Positions 57,064 to 64,000 of a stretch of DNA of 64,000 nucleotides are shown here, piece after piece. Below the pieces are notes generated by a model. The model was not told the DNA's origin, searched no databases, and saw only the letters and a list, made by a program, of their open reading frames with translations. Origin of the DNA: Geopsychrobacteraceae bacterium (GTDB lineage Bacteria; Desulfobacterota; Desulfuromonadia; Desulfuromonadales; Geopsychrobacteraceae); the NCBI GenBank assembly GCA_963676795.2, contig CAXXTB010000002.1:960001-1024000 (forward strand), given 5' to 3'. A program made the position numbers and the translations under genes. Every line of letters starts with the position of its first letter. The first letter of the stretch is position 1.

Positions 57064-57519
57064 ATGCTGCGTCGCGCCAGAATTCCTGATGCCCGTTCAA
57101 TCCATGCTCTTTTGCTCTCGTTTGCCAGAGACGGGCAGTTGCTGGGGCGCTCGCTGGCCAATATCTATGACGCCATCCGCGATTTTTACGTCTACGAGGT
57201 CGATGGCAAGATTCTGGGAGTCGGGGCCCTGGCCATCTGCTGGGAAGATCTGGCCGAAGTGCGTTCCCTGGCGGTCAGCGCCGATCAGCAGGGGCAGGGG
57301 ATCGGTCGCCTGCTCGTCGAACAGTGCCTGGTCGAAGCCAGGGACCTCGGCCTGAAAAGGGTCTTTGCCCTGACCTACCAGCCTGAATTTTTTAAGAAAC
57401 TCGGCTTTTCGGATATTGAGAAGTCCGAGCTTCCGCAGAAGGTCTGGGGGGACTGTATCAACTGTGTCAAGTTCCCGGATTGTGACGAATACGCGCTGGC
57501 GATAAATTTGTTGGTATAG
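57064..57519 (+). CDS. GNAT N-acetyltransferase (short ArgA-like N-acetylglutamate synthase)
   Basis: WEDLAEVRSLAV, QGQGIG, FALTY..FF..LGF, LPQKVW.DC..C. Confidence 0.8.
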   Translation: MLRRARIPDARSIHALLLSFARDGQLLGRSLANIYDAIRDFYVYEVDGKILGVGALAICWEDLAEVRSLAVSADQQGQGIGRLLVEQCLVEARDLGLKRVFALTYQPEFFKKLGFSDIEKSELPQKVWGDCINCVKFPDCDEYALAINLLV

Positions 57520-57639
57520 GTTAATGATTGTGTTAGGATTGTCTCATCCCTTGTGGAGAAAACATACTGATTGTTTTTTTCTCGATATCTGTGATACTTA
57601 GACGTCGCAGGAAATGAAAACCATTGTACGAGGCTTGGT

Positions 57640-58500
57640 TTGCCCAATCGTTTTTCGTTGATACTGATCCCTGAGGGGAGTAATAAGGTCCGCCGCTGGA
57701 AATTGAGCGGCAGGCTGATCTATGCTGTTGCCGCATCCTGGCTGCTTCTGGCAGGGATAGGTGCGTTGTTTGCCTGGGGGTATTATGCGGAGCGGGTGGA
57801 TCGCCAGGAACTTTTCCAGTTGCGTCAGGAGAATAACCTTCAGCGTCAGCAGCTGCAGCGCCTGGTGGTTGATTACGAGAACATCAATTATGAACTGAAC
57901 GCCCTGGCCACATCGGAAGCCAGGGTTCGCCAGCTGGCCAGTATCGATGTTGAGCCGCGTGAGATTCCGGTCGCTATCGGTGGTCTCCCCAATGAAAAGC
58001 TTGAAGTCGATGATCTGCAGGTGCAGATCAGCAGTCTGCAGGAGATGCTGAACCTGCGTCGCCAGAGCCAGGAAGAGATTCGCAATCTGCTCAATGATCA
58101 GGTGTCGATCAGCAGGGCAACGCCGAAGGGGTGGCCGACCCGGGGCTGGATCACCTCGTATTTCGGTATGCGTAAGTCACCGATTACCGGATTGCGGACG
58201 ATTCACGAGGGTCTTGATATTGCAGCGAACACGGGAACCTCGATTTATGCCACAGCCGATGGTGTGGTCTCCATGGTGGCTTATTCTCCGAGCTACGGCA
58301 AAACTCTTCAGATCGACCACGGCTACGGCTACCGGACGATTTTCGCTCATAATTCAAAGATTCTGGTCCAGAGCGGTCAGCGCGTCAAGCGCGGCGATAT
58401 GATCGCCAAGGTTGGAAATACCGGACGTTCAACCGGATCTCACCTGCACTATGAACTGCGCCTGAACGGCGTTCCTATCGACCCGCGTAAGACCCTCTAA
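57640..58500 (+). CDS. M23 family metallopeptidase
   Basis: TM plus coiled coil; HEGLD (HxxxD) and STGSHLHYE (HxH). Confidence 0.9.
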   Translation: MPNRFSLILIPEGSNKVRRWKLSGRLIYAVAASWLLLAGIGALFAWGYYAERVDRQELFQLRQENNLQRQQLQRLVVDYENINYELNALATSEARVRQLASIDVEPREIPVAIGGLPNEKLEVDDLQVQISSLQEMLNLRRQSQEEIRNLLNDQVSISRATPKGWPTRGWITSYFGMRKSPITGLRTIHEGLDIAANTGTSIYATADGVVSMVAYSPSYGKTLQIDHGYGYRTIFAHNSKILVQSGQRVKRGDMIAKVGNTGRSTGSHLHYELRLNGVPIDPRKTL

Positions 58501-58761
58501 GTTCTTTCTCTGTACCTCGACTCCCTGTATTGCCGGTGTTTCTGGCCGCTTCCTAGCGTAATCCTGACCCTTTGCTTTTTCTTCCCTTATTAAATCTGTG
58601 TAAGCGTCTGCAAAGCTGGAAAATCAGGGGTTTTTTCACCCTGTTTATTGCTTGTTGGCCTCTGCCGGGTATGCTACTATGCCCGGCATTATTCATTCGT
58701 TAATAATGTGAGAATCTGATATCAGGCGCCATCTTGAGGGCCGCCTTTGGAGTTATTCGTA

Positions 58762-61431
<2,670 letters not shown>

Positions 61432-61461
61432 TCTCTTATTCTTATTTGTCTTGGGGAGACT

Positions 61462-63162
61462 ATGGGGGCAGAGGTTCAAAATGCTAAACCTTCGATACTG
61501 CTGATTGACGACGTTCCGCTTATTCTCGACCTGCTTGAGGACATTCTGGAACCTCTCGATTATCCGATTCTGCGCCTCGAGGCCGGTGAAGGGGTTCTGC
61601 AGGTGCTGGATCGCGAGAATGTCGCGCTGGTCTTCTGCGATGTTTCTCTGCCCGATATGAATGGTGTTGAGGTCTTGCGCCTGATCAAGCAGCATACCTC
61701 GGAAATCCAGGTTGTGATGATCTCCGGCCAGCAGAATTTCAACGTCGCCCGTGAGGTTCTGCGGGAGAAGGCGTACGATTATCTGGTCAAGCCCTTTTCC
61801 CAGGAAGAGGTGCTGACGGCTGCCGAGCAGGGGCTGAACGCCTACTATCAGATTGTGCAGCAGGGGCGTGCACGGGTTGAAGCGAGACGCCGGATGGCCG
61901 ATCTGATCCTGTTGCGCAAGGTCGGGGAAACGGCCAGTTCCGGTAACGATCTGCAGCAGCTGTTCGACGAGATCGTCGACTCGATTGCGCTGTCCGCCGG
62001 CGTCGAGGTGGCTTCGCTGATGCTGGTCGAGGACGATGGAATGCTGCACATCAAGGCGGCAAACGGACTGGCCCGGGAGATCGCCCAGACGGTCCGGGTT
62101 GCACCGGGGGAAGGGATCTCCGGGCACGTTCTGGCCACGGGTGAATCGATCCTGGTCTCTAATATTGAGCAGGATGGCCGCTTCAAGTCCTTCCATGGTG
62201 CCCAGCGCTATAAGAACCAGTCACTTCTGTCTGTCCCTATCTATGTTCGAGAAGAACTGGTCGGAGTCATCAACGTCAACAACAAGAAATCGGGTGAGCC
62301 TTTCGATCTTGAGGATCAGCATCTGCTCGAAGCGATTGCCAACCAGGTCGCTCTGGCGATGGAGAACTTCAAGCTGGTCAACAATCTGCTGCAGCAGGCC
62401 AAGGTGCTGGAGCAGACCAACGAGGATCTGGTGCGTATGCACAGAGCGCGAACCCGCCTGGTCTGCAATCTGTCGCATGAGCTGAAGACACCGCTGACTT
62501 CGATTATGGGCTATGTTGACCTGTCGCTCACCTTTTATGAGAAGATGTCCGATGAGGAGATCAAGGACAACCTCGAAGAGGTCAGAAGTGAAGGCGTACG
62601 TCTGGAACGGCTGATTACCGGGATGCTGCGGCTCTTCTCCATCGAGTCGGAACGCGAGGTCTGGCGCTGGAAGTCGTTTGGTGTCCCCTGGCCGATTGCC
62701 GATGCCTTTCAGCATTTCAACAAGCAGATCCGGGCCCGCAAGCTGACGACCGAGCTGGACATCGCCGATGATCTCCCCGAGGTCTATGGCGATCAGGAAA
62801 AATTCAGTCTGGTTTTCAATTGCCTGGTTGATAATGCGATCAAGTTCAATCATGATGGCGGCCACATTCGTGTTGAGGCCAGAACACGGATCGATGATGG
62901 CCTCGAGTATGTCTACCTGCGTATTTTCAACAACGGGCTGTCGGTTCCGGTCGATGCGCAGGAAACGATTTTTAACTCCTATACCCAGCTTGGTGATATC
63001 GACACGGAGAAGCCGCATGGTGTCGGAATCGGGTTGTCGCTGGTCAAGGTGGTTATCGACCGGATGCAGGGGGATGTTTTCCTGGAAGAGATCGAGGGCG
63101 AGGGAACCTGTTTCGGCCTGATGCTTCCCACAGAACAAACGTTCAACAGATTAAGAGGTTAA
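61462..63162 (+). CDS. REC-GAF-histidine kinase
   Basis: N-terminal REC (IDD..D..LPDMNG..KPF), GAF domain, SHELKTPLT, DNAIKF, GVGIGL. Confidence 0.88.
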   Translation: MGAEVQNAKPSILLIDDVPLILDLLEDILEPLDYPILRLEAGEGVLQVLDRENVALVFCDVSLPDMNGVEVLRLIKQHTSEIQVVMISGQQNFNVAREVLREKAYDYLVKPFSQEEVLTAAEQGLNAYYQIVQQGRARVEARRRMADLILLRKVGETASSGNDLQQLFDEIVDSIALSAGVEVASLMLVEDDGMLHIKAANGLAREIAQTVRVAPGEGISGHVLATGESILVSNIEQDGRFKSFHGAQRYKNQSLLSVPIYVREELVGVINVNNKKSGEPFDLEDQHLLEAIANQVALAMENFKLVNNLLQQAKVLEQTNEDLVRMHRARTRLVCNLSHELKTPLTSIMGYVDLSLTFYEKMSDEEIKDNLEEVRSEGVRLERLITGMLRLFSIESEREVWRWKSFGVPWPIADAFQHFNKQIRARKLTTELDIADDLPEVYGDQEKFSLVFNCLVDNAIKFNHDGGHIRVEARTRIDDGLEYVYLRIFNNGLSVPVDAQETIFNSYTQLGDIDTEKPHGVGIGLSLVKVVIDRMQGDVFLEEIEGEGTCFGLMLPTEQTFNRLRG

Positions 63163-63165
63163 TCG

Positions 63166-64000
63166 ATGGGGTTGTCTGCTGTCCCGAAAGGGTTTCGTTT
63201 TGCTGGCCTGGCCAGTGGTATCAAGAAAAAGCCGGGTGTGCTCGATCTTGGGCTGATTGTCTCTGATCCTGTAGCAACCTGTGCGGGGGTCTTCACTCAG
63301 AATAAGGTGGTCGCTGCTCCGGTTCAGTTGACCCGTCCGGTTGTGCAGGGTGGCCGTTGCTGCGCCGTTCTGGTCAACAGCGGCAACGCCAACGCCTGTA
63401 CCGGGGAACAGGGGCTGGCATCTGCCGAACAGACCGCTCAGTTACTGGCAGAGCAATTGAAAGTCGATCGCAACGAGATTGCTCTGGCGTCGACGGGGGT
63501 CATTGGGGTGCAGTTGCCACTCGCTCCGTTTCAACAGCACCTGGCCAGCCTGGTCGATTCTCTTTCGGCGGAAGCGGCTCTGACCGTGGCCGAAGCGATC
63601 CGCACAACAGATGCCTTTGCCAAGGTTTCCGCCGTAGAAGGGGAGGGGCATCCCTACAGGATCCTGGGATTGGCCAAGGGCGCCGGGATGATCCACCCGA
63701 ATATGGCGACCATGCTCGGTTTTGTCATGACTGACGCCAACGTCGAACAGTCTTTCCTGCAGGCGACTCTCAGGGAGGCCGTAAACAGGTCCTTCAACTC
63801 GATCACCGTCGACCGTGATACTTCGACCAATGACATGGTCCTGGTTCTGGCCAACGGTGCGGCCGGCAATGAGCAGATCCAGGCGGGAAGTGTCGAGGCC
63901 GAGAGTTTTGCCGAGGAACTTCATCAGGTTCTTCTCGATCTGGCCAAGATGATCGTTCAGGATGGTGAGGGAGCGACCAAGCTGGTGGAAATCAGGATCA
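63166..64000 (+). CDS. argJ: Bifunctional ornithine acetyltransferase/N-acetylglutamate synthase, 3' end runs off the window
   Basis: Manual translation from ATG 63166: PKGFRFAG...GVFTQN..NSGNANACTG..STGVIG..AKGAGMIHPNMATML..DTSTND..DGEGATK. Confidence 0.96.
   Translation, partial: MGLSAVPKGFRFAGLASGIKKKPGVLDLGLIVSDPVATCAGVFTQNKVVAAPVQLTRPVVQGGRCCAVLVNSGNANACTGEQGLASAEQTAQLLAEQLKVDRNEIALASTGVIGVQLPLAPFQQHLASLVDSLSAEAALTVAEAIRTTDAFAKVSAVEGEGHPYRILGLAKGAGMIHPNMATMLGFVMTDANVEQSFLQATLREAVNRSFNSITVDRDTSTNDMVLVLANGAAGNEQIQAGSVEAESFAEELHQVLLDLAKMIVQDGEGATKLVEIRI

Overview
A 64-kb chromosomal segment with the gene content of a GC-rich anaerobic Desulfuromonadales-type deltaproteobacterium; the taxon is inferred from gene content only. 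In order: (1) a minus-strand 2-hydroxy-acid utilisation operon (TRAP DctPQM, LarA-family racemase, LutA, fused LutB-LutC, EamA exporter, SAM methyltransferase); (2) an 'orange protein' (orp)-type sigma54 Fe-S cluster with an OrpR-like activator, three NifB/NifX-family genes, two Fe-S P-loop ATPases and an IscU-ApbC fusion; (3) a more AT-rich accessory region (about 18-39 kb) ending at a tRNA-Ala; (4) selA-selB-selD(Sec) with a small TatA-like ORF; (5) housekeeping genes purC, ppiD, mreBCD, mrdA, rodA, rarA, nadK, recN, secA and argJ. The accessory region holds an orphan SAM-I riboswitch with no downstream gene, a sigma54 operon that looks like a complete anaerobic phloroglucinol degradation pathway followed by an OsmC-like selenoprotein (UGA plus SECIS, split in the ORF track), a damaged IS3, an IclR regulator, a CobW-like protein that has lost its GTPase and metal motifs, an orphan Tat-exported solute-binding protein and cobT. 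A repeated 16-bp motif links the catabolic operon and the CobW-like/IclR unit into one candidate sigma54 regulon. All family assignments come from reading motifs by eye; no searches were run.
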